Positions 36,512 to 49,389 of a stretch of 64,000 nt of DNA are shown here, one piece after another (the stretch's first letter is position 1; the number at the start of each line of letters is the position of its first letter). The stretch lies in contig OX597834.1 in assembly GCA_951406725.2 (NCBI GenBank), forward strand, positions 39,556,001 to 39,620,000, read 5' to 3'. The stretch comes from Octopus vulgaris (Eukaryota). Both the position numbers and the translations under genes were made by a program. A model generated the notes under the pieces. It was not told the DNA's origin. It did not search any database and saw only the letters and a program-made list of their open reading frames with translations.

Positions 36512-36981
36512 GGCCAATGATTCAGTATTCAGTGTTCTAACAACACATCCGTGTTAAGTTGGACATATATAAATACATTTATATATAGACACACATGTAA
36601 GTTTATATAGAAAGATAAAAAGCAGCAATATTAAATGAAGTTTAAGAAGCAAGTAGAGGCAACCTACAATGAGAAAAACGAAGCCACTTCTATCTGTTAA
36701 TATCAACAAAGAAAAAATAATAATAATCTGCCACATGGTGCCACACTAAGCAATAAAGAGACAAAAGCTCTGAGGAATAATAATAATAATAATAATAATT
36801 TTTATGATAGGCACAAGGCCTGAGATATGGGGGGAAGGGGATAGTCGATTACATTGACCCCAGTACTTGACTGGTATTTATTTTATCGACCCCCAGAAAA
36901 TGAAAAGCAAAGTCGACCTCAGCAGAATTCGAACTCAGAAACGGAAAGACGGACGAAATGCTTAAAATATTTTCTTACTGC

Positions 36982-37013
<32 letters not shown>

Positions 37014-37176
37014 GGGAAGGTAGCTTGGTTTGAACTGGTGTCTTCATGTCTGTAAATTGTTGCTTTTAGAAAAGAAATGTTTGGTTTTGTTATATTTTTT
37101 GCCTTCTTGGGGGTTATCAGAATAAATGTGAAATATTAAGAATAAAAGCAAATGTTTTTGAAAGCTACAGACTGCA

Positions 37177-37225
<49 letters not shown>

Positions 37226-37304
37226 GTTTAAAAAAAAATCGATTTAAATGCATATAAGTTTTGCAAGAGAAATCAGGCAGAATGAATAGGGAACCTATTA
37301 CCAG

Positions 37305-37343
<39 letters not shown>

Positions 37344-39179
37344 AATGGTTCATATTTTTCTATATAAGCAATATATTTTTGTAAACATCAATTTCAGATG
37401 AAAAAATTAAGAACCAGCACTGTTGAGAGAGAGAGAGAGAGAGAGAGAGAGTAAGGAATTGAAATGTAGTGTAAATAGGATTATATATTGTCCAGTAAAC
37501 ACTAGATACTGAGTTCAAATACTGTAAGAGGATTAAAAAATTTTTTTATCTGAAATTGGTGCACAGAGATTTTTAATTACAAATAAAAAGAAAACAATAA
37601 ACTAAGGGCAGCAAAAAACCCCTAATATTGCAACAAAATCATGCTTTTTTTTTCTTGTTTTTTTGACAAAACAGGAGAGTCAAGGCACACTGAATCCCTC
37701 CCTGTTGTGTTAGAAACATGCAAACAGCCTGGTGTGATTATTGAGACAGATTTGCAGAAAAAAAAATGTTGAAGAGTTTGTTAAGCGCTGAAGACTACTG
37801 GCAGATAAACGGGGGGGAAGGGGTAAAGAGTTAGCTAGAGAAAGAGAGACGGAGAGAGGTGGACGGATTAATTATTAAGGCTTTGATTACAGCAATATTG
37901 TAGCAAAATAAAGAGCAGGAAGAGAGAAAGAAAGAGAGCATAAGAGACATGCAACAATACAATTGCGAAACTAAAAGAAGGAAAAAATAATACAAGAAAG
38001 GGAGTTTTTTAATGAAAAAAACAAAAATACTAGGCAAGGGTTGAGGTCCGGGGAGTGGGATGGTTGGGTTAGGGGCAGTGTGAAAGGGGGGTCAGAAATT
38101 AACGAAAAAAAGGTCAAAATGTCTTCAAATAACAATGCAGTATTTGTTTGATGTATTATATATCTCACCAGGCAGAGGTTGTCTTCATTTTGTCTTCCAC
38201 TCAGATACAACAGCGACATTACTCACAAGTGTCTCACAAGTGTCGGAGCTTGATGGAGGAATAAAAAAAAATTGTAAACAAACAAAAAAAAAAAAAGAGA
38301 GAAAAGAAGAAAAAAAAAACACTCGTCAGTAAATGATGTGGAAGAGTGGCGGCAGAGGCGGCCTAACTAATTTGGGAGGAGCAGAGCGGTGGGGGAAAAC
38401 GGGGAAGCTTGGGTGAGGAGAGAGAATCTTTGGCAGGTGGTGCAGAGGGGGAGACTTGGTTCGTTTGATTTCTACAAACAAGATATAACATATTGGTTAT
38501 TGCTGGATGTGAAAAAAGATGATCGTTTGACAACAGGAAGGAAAGGCAACAGGAGAGAAAGGGTGGAGGAAAACAAAAACAAAAAAAAAATACAAAAAAC
38601 AATCCCATGTACAACCCTCTCCCCCCACCCTTCATCATCTCCTCCTGACCATCTTCAAACTGAGAATGCAAATAAGTGAAATGAAGAAATTTCAGGTGAG
38701 ATCGCAAAAGATTTTCTTCAGGTGAGATCACACAAGATTTTCTTCAATGGATTTTGAAGAAATTTTGAAGAACAGAGAGTTGTAGAGTTTTTACTCTCTT
38801 TCAATATGGTCCTTGTTTCCAAGACTCTGAAGATGGTTGTCTTTTCTTTGTAAGAAATCAAGACATTGCTTCTTTGCTAAATGACCCTTGGACAGGTCAA
38901 AGCTTCCAACTCTGTTTACAATGTCTAGTATTTATATGGTTATGTAGATGCCTCCTGTATATACCAAGAACATCCATTCAATATACAGATGCCAACCAAG
39001 AGCTTATTAGGTCTATCTGTCTCTATATATATATCAATCTATCTATCTATCTATATGGTACACAGATGTCAAAGGTATACACTTTGTGTATCTTGAAGGT
39101 AACATCTATATAGTATAGAAGGGGCAACTGTATATACCTAGAGCATCCCTATGGTGTGTGTGTATATATATATTTTCAG

Positions 39180-39540
39180 GTGTGGCTGTGTAATAAGAAG
39201 TTAGCATCTCAACCACATGGTTCTGGGTTCAGTCCCACTGAGTGGCACCTTGGGCAGGTGTCTTCTACTTTAGCCTCAGGCTGATCAAAGCCTTGTGAGT
39301 AGATTTGGTAGACAGAAACTGAAAGAAGCCCGTATTGTGTGTGTGTGTGTGTGTGTTTATCCACCAACACTACATCCCCATAACTAAGTGGTGTGGCAGA
39401 AGGGCCCTAACAGAATAAGCACCAGGTTTAAAAATAAAAGTGGGGAAAGAACATAAGAACTGGGGTTGACTTGTTCAACGAAACCCTTCAAGGTAACATC
39501 TTGGCATGGCCGCAGCCCAAAGACTGAGACAAATAAAAAA
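39180..39540 (+). mobile_element. SINE family A
   Basis: Matches the family; interrupts an old catctata-rich degenerate repeat (~38930-39930). Confidence 0.8.
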
Positions 39541-40969
39541 AAATACAAGGATATATATATATACACACACACACAAATGTTGAACGAAGGAGCTGAGCAC
39601 CATTCCTCCACGTGATCAGCTCAAAATTTGCTAAGATATTTTCTTAACATGAAACCAATGGTAGCCTTAATTGACAAATCTATATCATATGAATAGTATA
39701 TAAATGTCTATATACCTAATGCATCTGTATGGTATATAGACGTCTACTCTATATGTCTATAGTGTCTACATTTTATAAAGATGCCCACTATATATACTAA
39801 GTGCATCTATATATATATATACATACACACACACGTCTTCTGTATGATGTAGAAATGTCTATCGTATGTGGAGCATCTATAAAGTGTATAGGTGTCAATT
39901 TTATACCTAAAGTATCTCTCTGATTTATTTAGAGTAGATGTTTGCCAAATAAGGCAGTTAAATCTTCCCCCAAGAAAATACCATCTTTGTAAATCGTAAG
40001 TCCTTGTCTCAAGAGGACAGATTAAGACAAACAGGAATTAAACAAAACAATCTTGAATTACACACAACAGAAACCAGAAGAATTTCTTGAACCAATGACT
40101 CCATTTAATTATTTGAGCACTCCTTTTCAGCTCAGCCAAATAAATCCACCCCCAGCAAGCAGTCAACATTATTGATGACAATATCAGAGGCCTGATGTCT
40201 TCATCCTTAATTGCTTGCTAATATTAACAATCATATCTTGTCTATCATAACACAGAATAAATCAATCTTTGTTCGGCTACATCTGTTCTGTAGATTAAAT
40301 TTGGATTAAGTTATCAATGTTGTTCAATGCACAAAGGTCCAACACCCAAGTGGCTAAAAAGGGTCAGCAGATGAGTATCTAGGAGTCATGACCTGAGTGA
40401 AGCCTGGCCCCCTTACAGTGTAAGAAATTAAGGTCCAAAACACTTGTCTGACAGGAGGGTGTCCTTCTCTGAAGACTGTCTACTGTACAGTTCTCTTGAG
40501 ATTTTTTTTTTTATCACCACTGCTATTAAACAACAAATTCTGAAACAATAATTGTCTACTGTAGACAGAAGACCTAAAAATTTCTGGGGAAAGGGCTAAT
40601 TAGTTACATCAACTCCAGTACTTGGCGAGTACTTTAGTTTATAGATCCTGAAAGGACAAAAAGCAAAGCTGACCACAGTGGGATTTGAGCTCAGAATGTA
40701 AAGAGCTGGAAGAAAAACTGCTAAGCACTTTGTCCAACGAGCTAACAATTCTGCTAGGTTCACCACCTTACAGATTCTAAAACAATTATGATGTTAGTAA
40801 TTAATTATGCTTGTGATATCGGATTCTTGTCCCTTCAAGGGGTACATCTTTCAAATTTAGGGATTTCATTAAATAATTTTTTGCCAACATCGACTGTAAT
40901 GAATTTTCTCAGACACTGGTTTTTAGCTTCCATCAAATGGATTGGTTTATTCAAACTAGAAATCAGTTA

Positions 40970-41865
40970 ATCCTCCAGCAATGAGATATTCCTCCAGTAA
41001 TGCGGCAATGAAACATTGCCCCAGCACTGTGCCACCAAGACACTCCTCCATCTATGTAGCACTACAATACTCCTCCAGCAGTTTGCCACTGACATGCTCC
41101 ACTGACAGTATACCACTAAAATACTCATTGAGTGATGTACCACTGAGATATTCCTCCAGCAGTGTGCCACTGAGATACTTCCCCAGCAGTGTGTCACTGT
41201 GATATTCCTCCAGCAGTGTGCCACTGAGATACTCCTCCAGCTGTATGCCGCTAAGATATTCCTCCGGCAGTGTGCCAGAGATACTCCTCCAGCTGTATGT
41301 CACTGAGATACTCCTCCAGCAGTGTGCCACTGAGACACTCCTCCAGCTGTATGCCACTAAGATACACCTCCAGCAGTGTTCCACTGAGATACTCCCCCAG
41401 CAGTGTGCCACTGTGATACTCCTCCAGCTGTATGCCACTAAGATATTCCTTCAGCAGTGTACCACTGAGATACTCCTCCAGCAGTGTGCCACTGTGATAC
41501 TCCTCCAGCTGTATGCTACTAAAATATTCCTCCAGCAGTGTGCCACTGAGATACTCTCCCAGAAGTGTGCCACTGAGATACTCCCCCAGCAGTGTGCCAC
41601 TGTGATACTCCTCCAGCTGTATGCCACTAAGATATTCCTCCAGTAGTGTGCCACTGAGATACTCCTCCAGCAGTGTGCCACTGAGATACTCCTCCAGCAG
41701 TGTGCCACTGTGATACTCCTCCAGCTGTATTCCACTAAGATATTCCTCCAGCAGTGTGCCACTGAGATACTCCTCCAGCAGTGTGCCACTGAGATACTCC
41801 TCCAGCAGTGTGCCACTGTGATATTCCTCCAGCTGTATGCCACTGAGATATTCCTCCAGATATTC
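40970..41865. repeat. 27-bp minisatellite, ~33 units
   Basis: Unit gccactgagatactcctccagcagtgt with variants; degenerate at the left end. Confidence 0.95.
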
Positions 41866-42447
41866 CTGAGTAATCCTGCGACGGACTGGCGTCCCATCCA
41901 GGTGGTGAATTTCTACGCCACAGAAACCAGGAAACCGTCCCTTATGAGCCTGTCATGGATCGAGAAGGAACATTTATTTATTTTATCTAGAATGATACAA
42001 ATAGATACCGTCCAGATGATGGCTAGAAAGATACAAGTGACCACAGTCCAGGTGGCCGCAGAGGTATAAACAACCACTACTTTTCAACAAATATATTTGA
42101 TGAAGAGAAACTAGAAATAACTAAATATAACATAGTAAACAAGAAAAATAAAGCAAAGAAAAATACGCAGTAACAGGGGAGGGGGCAGTGCAGTGGGTCA
42201 TGGGTGGAGGGCTGGGTGGGCTGGGGGATGTGGTTGTGGAACTTGAATCAAGGAAATAAACGACGAAGAATACACAAGTAACCATGACCACAGCAGAGCA
42301 AAATGGACAAAATAGCAAGATTGAGCGAACAATTAGCAGGTAGTAATTAAGGTAATTACTGGAGAGGGGGGGGAGTGGGCAAAACACAGTAAGGAAGAAA
42401 AAAAAAAAGCAACATTGACGACAAAGGAAGCTAGCTCAGTGTGTGTT

Positions 42448-42489
<42 letters not shown>

Positions 42490-42911
42490 TGTGTGTGTGT
42501 GAAAGCACGTGGCATATTGGTTTTGATGTTGGACTCGCAATCATTAAGTGGTGGGTTTGATTTCAGAATATGGCAATGCATCAGATCCTTGAGGACCCGA
42601 TGTGCTGACAGGACTTGCTCTGGCTCAGTCCACTTGTCTGTAAATGCCACTTTATCCACTCAGATGGAAAACGGTACCAGCAGACTGAGATGAAGCACTG
42701 GTCTGCTAGGACTCTAAGCTTGAGCTGGACCGACTTTCTTGCAACACAGCAGTCAATGAGATCTCACCTGGAGATTGCTTTGGCATGAAACTTGAGTTGC
42801 ATGAAAGAAGTTCGGTTTAAATAACTCGTATACTCTACAACATGTATTGCATACTCTCTATTATATCACCCCTCCCACCAAAAAAACAAGAACATCCCCT
42901 CTCTCTCTCTG

Positions 42912-42945
<34 letters not shown>

Positions 42946-44149
42946 AATCTGAGAGGGCAATATGTTGAATAAAATCATAAGTAACTGATCCCCTTGCATC
43001 TTCTTTTACTCAAAGCCAGGAACTTTTCAGCACCCCCATGTATATATAAAACCTACAAGAATAGAAGAGAAAATCTGGGGTAGGTGTAAGTATGCGGAAA
43101 CACACACTCTCTCTCCTATTTTCTCTCTCTCTCACCCAGAGTGTCACAGCATAATCTGAAGGACTCTTTTAGATTTATTGAGGATATGACAACCTCTGTA
43201 AAGTAATTGGTGTTAGAAATGAAGACTAGCATCAATCGTAGAATCTGGCCCAAAATGCAACATGTGGCCCCCTGTCCCAGAGACCAGTAATTCTGAGTAA
43301 AAAGTCCTTTGGGCCAAGACAATGCATCTAATATCTGCTTACCTACACGGAACTCATATAGATGATGATGATAGTGTTTGTTATAAGGTAAGATTTGGGG
43401 TTTTGTGTTTAGACAGATATTTTATGCGTAAGGGCAGTACACTTAATTCTACCTGCTTCAGTTTACACAACTATTAAAAACAGATCTGTAAGCATATTCG
43501 CATATGTTATGACTTTTACAGATAAAGCAGAGTGAAAAGTGAGAAGTGCTTTAATACTTCACAAAGTTTATCTTAAGGAAATATGTAAAACTTAGTGTAT
43601 GTAAGTATATTTTATCATTTAACATCTTTTTTTCCATGCTGGCATAGGTTGGACAATTTGACAGAATCTGATGGTTCCAAGGCCTGTGTTGTTCTCTAGT
43701 GTCTCCTTTGATAGGGTTTCTATGGCTGGATGCCCTTTCTAATGCCAACCACTTTATAGCATGTACTGGCTGATTTGTTGTGCCACCGTGCTAACAGCAC
43801 ATATATGTATGTGTGTGTGTAACAAACCAAGCAAAGTTGACCTCAGTGGAATTTGAACTCAGAACGAAATACCGCTAAGCATTTTATCTGGAGTGCTAAC
43901 AATTCTGCCAGCTTCCTGCCCTTAAAATAATATTGATGAGAATGATGATAATGTCAACTACTTAGAAGACAAGGCAATGAAGTTCTAGATCAAACTAATT
44001 TAGGCCTGATTCTGAAAGAGCCGATTCCTCATCACTAGCAGAAACTAGGTGAAGCTTTTGTGGTTTAGTCACTGACTCAGTTTCAAGTTCTTGGGAAAGA
44101 GCCATTCTCTGGCTCAGTCCACCCAGGGTTAAACATCAAAGCTGAAATA

Positions 44150-44625
44150 GGTGCAGGAGTGGCTGTGTGGTAAGAAGATTGCTTCCCAACCATATGGTTC
44201 CAGGTTCAGTCCCACTGCGTGGCACCTTGGGCAAGTGTCTTTGACTATAACCTCAGGCCAACCAAAGCCTTGTGAGTGGATTTGGTAGATAGAAACTGAA
44301 AGAAGCCCATCATTTATATATGTATGTGTGTGTTATTTGTGTCTGTATTTGTCCCCCCACCATCGCTCAACAACTGATGTTGGTGTGTTTACGTCCCCGT
44401 CACTTAGCGGTTTAGCAAAAGAGACCGATAGAATAAGTACTAGGTTTACAAATTCAGCAAGTCTAAAGAATTCTCTCCACCCTGCATTATCACTGCTTGG
44501 TTTGCCAACCACTTTACAGTGTGTACTGGGTTCTTACCCTACTGCCACAGTCCTAGGGTCGATTTGTTTGACTAAAGGTGGTGCTCCAGCATGGCTGCAG
44601 TCAAATGACTGAAACAAGTAAAAGT
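44150..44625 (+). mobile_element. SINE family A with a ~98-bp foreign insert
   Basis: Family sequence interrupted at 44454-44551. Confidence 0.85.
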
Positions 44626-44879
44626 ATAAAAGAATTTGGCCAAAAGTCTGGGAACTGGACAGAAAAAATCAAGAGAAACCGAATCAAGAATGATGCACTT
44701 TGATTAAACACTTGACTGAATATTATCTGTATGTGGAGTAGAGAGATGATCCAGGTAAAACCTTTTGGAAAAGGCATGAAGGTCACAACTTATTTAAGAT
44801 GGAATAAAACTGTACAAGATTATTATTTAGAAAATATTGGGATGGATGAGTTGAGTGACCATAAGTAGTTTATTTCTTT

Positions 44880-45510
44880 ATTGCCCACAGGGGGCTAAAC
44901 ATAGAGGGGACAAACAAGGGGATTAAGTCGATTACATTGACCCTAGTGTGTAACTGGTACTTATTTCACTGACCATGAAAGGATGAAAGGAAAAGTTGAC
45001 CTCGGCGGAATTTCAACTCGGAACATAATGGCAGATGAAATATCTATTTCTTTACTACCCACAAGGGGCTAAACACAGAGAGGACAAACAAGGACAGACA
45101 AACGGAGTAAGTCAATTATATCGACCCCAGTGCGTAACTGATACTTAATTTATTGACCCCGAAAGGATGAAAGGCAAAGTCGACCTTGGCGGAATTTGAA
45201 CTCAGAATGTAGCGGCAGACAAAATACTGCTAAGCATTTCACCCGGTGTGCTAACGATTCTGCCAGCTTACCGCCTTGCCATAATACCATAAGTAGTTGT
45301 TTCAAATTTTGATGCAGAACCAGAAGTTTTAGGGAAGGAGGTAAGCCAGCCCTAAAACTCAATTGGTACTTTATTTTATTAACCCCTGAAAGGATAAAAT
45401 GGAGAGTTGACCTCGACAGTATTTGAACTCAGAATGTGAAAAACTGGAAGAAATGATGCTAAGTATTTTGTCCAATGCTCTGACAATTCTGCCAGCTTGC
45501 CGCCTTAAAA
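44880..45510 (-). mobile_element. Tandem SINE family B copies (~3)
   Basis: Repeated aaaggatgaaagg.aaagt.gacct.ggcggaattt.aactc units. Confidence 0.8.
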
Positions 45511-45959
45511 ATATTATGGATAATGATAACAAAATAAATCTGATTAGATTGAAAGAAGATAAAAAATCTTTGTCAACACAGCAAATGGTGTTCAGATTCT
45601 CTGACATAAAATAAAATTACATTTAAAGTACTTTCCATGTAGAACTAAACCATTTTCTGTCTTCATAGATAATATTTTATATAATTACAGCCATATTGTA
45701 ATTTCTGAACAGACAGTTTCATGGAAGCATTTGATATATGAAAAAATTTAGTTAACCTTTAACACACTGTAGGTGCATCATGTTGCTGAATGAGTTTTTA
45801 CCCCTGTCAACATGAAACAATGCACCTGAAGCTACAGGGAAGAAAACTTGTGTACATGAACATGCTAAAGGTTGAAAATAAATTCTGTAATATATTTCAG
45901 AAATACGCTTGTTTGGCAATACATCTCTCTCTCTCTCTCAACACACCCACACACATACA

Positions 45960-46122
45960 TGGCTGTGTGGTAAGTAGCTTGCTTACCAACCACATGGTTC
46001 TGGGTTCAGTCCCACAGCATGAAACCCTGGGCAAGTGTCTTCTACTACAGCCTCGGGCTGCCCAAAGTCTTGTGAGTGGATTTGGTAGACGGAAACTGAA
46101 AGAAGCCCGTCACACACACACA

Positions 46123-46177
<55 letters not shown>

Positions 46178-46372
46178 ATGTGTTTCTCCCCCTCACCATC
46201 GCTTGGCAAGTGATGCTGGTGTGTTTACATTACCATTAACTTAGTGGTTCAGCAAAAGAGACCGATAGGATGAGTACTAGGCTTACAAAGAATAAGTCAT
46301 GGAGTCGATTTGTTCGACTAGTGGCAGTGCTCCAGCATGGCCACAGTCAAATAACTGAAACAAGTAAAAGAG
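45960..46372 (+). mobile_element. SINE family A
   Basis: Full-length match. Confidence 0.85.
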
Positions 46373-46534
46373 GTGCATCTCAAACATCCTTTTATGCTTG
46401 CTTTCTTTGCTGGCATGGGTTGGACAGTTTGGCAGGATGTAACAATGCTGAAGCACACATTTTACTCCAATGTCTCTGTTTTGGCTATGTTTCTAAGGTT
46501 GGATGCACTTCTAATACCAGCTGCACTTCAGATT

Positions 46535-46960
46535 GTACTAAGTCCATATTGTCATGGCACCAGCTCTATAGATGTTGTCTTGCCCTCAGCAAGTCTAAAG
46601 AATTCTCTCCACCCAGTATTATCACTGCTTGGTTTGCCAGTGTACTAAGTCCATATTGTCATGGCACCAGCTCTATAGATGTTGTCTTGCCCTCAGCAAG
46701 TCTAAAGAATTCTCTCCACCCAGTATTATCACTGCTTGGTTTGCCAGTGTACTAAGTCCATATTGTCATGGCACCAGCTCTATAGATGTTGTCTTGCCCT
46801 CAGCAAGTCTAAAGAATTCTCTCCATCCAGCATTATCACTGCTTGGTTTGCCAGTGTACTAAGTCCATATTGTCATGGCACCAGCTCTATAGATGTTGTC
46901 TTGCCCTCAGCAAGTCTAAAGAATTCTCTCCACCCAGTATTATCACTGCTTGGTTTGACA
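46535..46960. repeat. 107-bp tandem repeat, 4 near-identical units
   Basis: gtactaagtccatattg at 46535, 46642, 46749 and 46856. Confidence 0.96.
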
Positions 46961-47039
46961 ACCACTTTACAGTGTGCACTGGGTTGTTTCCCCACTGCCA
47001 CAGTACCTGTTGCTTTGTAACGCCTGAGATGAAAGAGCT

Positions 47040-47250
47040 TTCGTGATTGAAATGAAGATCCTTAGGTCCTTCCCTGGACAGAATGCCGGTCTTTCACAGA
47101 ATGACTCATTTTTGCCAGTTGAGTGCACAAGAGCAAATGTGAAATGAAGTGATTTGCTTGAGAACACGTGTCACCCGGTCCGGGAATTGAAACCACAATC
47201 TTACAATCATGAGTCCAACACCCCTAACCACTAAGCCACGCACCTCCACA
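47040..47250 (-). mobile_element. tRNA-derived SINE (CORE-like family C), degenerate
   Basis: Minus strand ggaggtgcgTGGCTTAGTGGttagggg...GGTTTCAATTCC...ttctcaagcaa; related to 61130-61460. Confidence 0.65.
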
Positions 47251-48631
47251 CTGAAATAAAGAATAGGGGTGAGAGAGGAGAAGCAAGAAAGAGAGGGATG
47301 GAGATGACTTTAGATGTGGTGTTGAGAGAACATACAAGAGATTTCACAGTATGATGGGAGAAACAGATGTGTTAAGGGTGGGTAGGTGGTAGTGGAGAGA
47401 GTAATAGAGGAGACAGTGCCAAGGAGTGGAGATAATGAAAGGGATGGTAAAAAAGAGGAAGAATAGTGTCAGGAGTTAGTCTGAAAGATATATATATATA
47501 TATATTTTTTCATTCCCATTTTACAATTGCATCCATGAAGACTTGGACAGAATGGTTCGTCAAGATCTGAATCAGTTTGTATTGTAGTTCTAGTCCTCTT
47601 GGATAGGACCCATGGATCACATCTCACTCAGATATCTTAGTTTGAGCCTGGTTTCTATGGATGGATGTTCTCCAATGACTTTAACCCTTTAACACCCGTT
47701 TACAGGTGGATGTCTCTATACCATAGCACCGGTGGAATGCCAGGTATATGTTAAAATAAGGTTCGAGAGGTTGGGGCTCAAAAGTTTAAAGATTGTATTG
47801 GGAACACTTTTTTTTATGGCACCATAAAAAGGAGGGGGATTAGGAGGGGGAGGAGGATGAGGAGTTAGAGCTTATTCTCAAACTAACATGTCCAAGAAGA
47901 TGAGTAGAAGACTCATGGAGAGTGAGTGAGTGAATGAAGGTTGCAAGGGTTCAGTCCTGCCACTACTGCACTGAAGCATCATGGTTTGAAAGGATAAAGA
48001 AAGTAAAGAAAGAAGGCATAGCAACATATGGGGGGGGGGGATGGCAGGGACAGAGATGGAGAGAAAATAGTAAACCCAAACTGAATGTTTTCCTCTCAAT
48101 TACATGTAACTTGGTAGGGTAAGAGAAACATGGAAATATGATAGGGTATAAGGACAGGTAACAGGCAAGGGATGGTGTGCATTACCTGACTCATTTAACA
48201 GGTATTTTGCACATGCACAATCACTCTTGTAGGCACAGGGCATGGCTGGTAAGAAGGTTGCCTCCAAACCACATGGTTCTGGGTTCACTGCCACTGTGTC
48301 TGCAGATTCCAATGAGCATGGCAAATGGAGTTCAAACCTACTCCTTTTCCACATATGAGTACACAAGGGTCGTGACCTCTTTCTATCTTACTCATCAAAA
48401 CCGTTGTCTTTGCTAAGTTTACCTTAACTCTAGGTTAAACTATTGTGTCCGAAAGTTTGAAATTTCTTCTATAATTCCCTTAAAGAATTAGCTGTGGGGT
48501 GGTTGGTGTTAGGAAGGGCACACAGCTGTAAAAACCCTGTCACAACACACACAAAAGTATGGTGCAGTCTTCTGTCTGGCCGGCTCCTATCAAATCATCC
48601 AACCCATGCTGGCATGGAAGGAGGACATTAA

Positions 48632-48851
48632 CCCTTTCATTACTGTATTTCTGTTGAGATGCTCTGTGTTTCTTTCAATTACTTTAAGTATAACAGAGAA
48701 TTTAGTAAAATAACTTAATTATCATTCAGCTAGTGTTAGGAACATAAATTGTGACTAAGGTTTGGTGGAAGATTTAAGTTCAAAACTTATGAAAATTAGA
48801 CATTTGTACTTAGAGCCAAAGCTGGTTTCAGCCGGGTCGGTAACGAAAGGG
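48632..48851. mobile_element. piggyBac-type MITE with TTAA target duplication
   Basis: TTAA-ccctttcattac ... gtaacgaaaggg-TTAA. Confidence 0.85.
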
Positions 48852-49358
48852 TTAAACAATGATGATGATGGTGATGAACTAGAATGTCAGCACAACAAAG
48901 TCCCTTATGGACAGGCAGCCTTAAACTCCTCTGTGATGGCCTATAGATCTACAATGAATAGTTGAGTGGGAATAAGTGGGGCAGACAGGCCAGGAGCAAG
49001 AAGTGGGGGTCGGGGAAATAGCTGAATAGTAATGTTGATACAGTGAACACAAGTGTATATAGAAGATTGCTGAACCTATTTAGGATAAGATCCACAAGGA
49101 GATCCATGTCATAAGGATTCGCACAACAATATTTCATGATAGTAGATGTATTCAGTATTCCATTTTTTTTTTATTTATTTGTGATATCAATTACAAGAGT
49201 ATGAGACGTTTTGGTGCAGCTGTTTCGGCGCAGCTGTTTTGGCACTGCCTGATCGGTGTTATTGATTCAATGCTGGCTTAGTTGACATCAAGCATTTTAA
49301 CGTTTCTCTCATTCTCTCCCATCCAACCTCTCACTCTCTTTGTATATTCATGTGTGTG

Positions 49359-49389
<31 letters not shown>

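Noticed and set aside
40967-42069. ORFs with 9-aa repeats; CRISPR-like appearance
   Set aside because: A 27-bp tandem minisatellite with no unique spacers and no cas genes, in eukaryotic intron context.
46270-47046. Overlapping ORFs with repeated peptides
   Set aside because: Produced by the 107-bp tandem repeat, whose period is not a multiple of 3.
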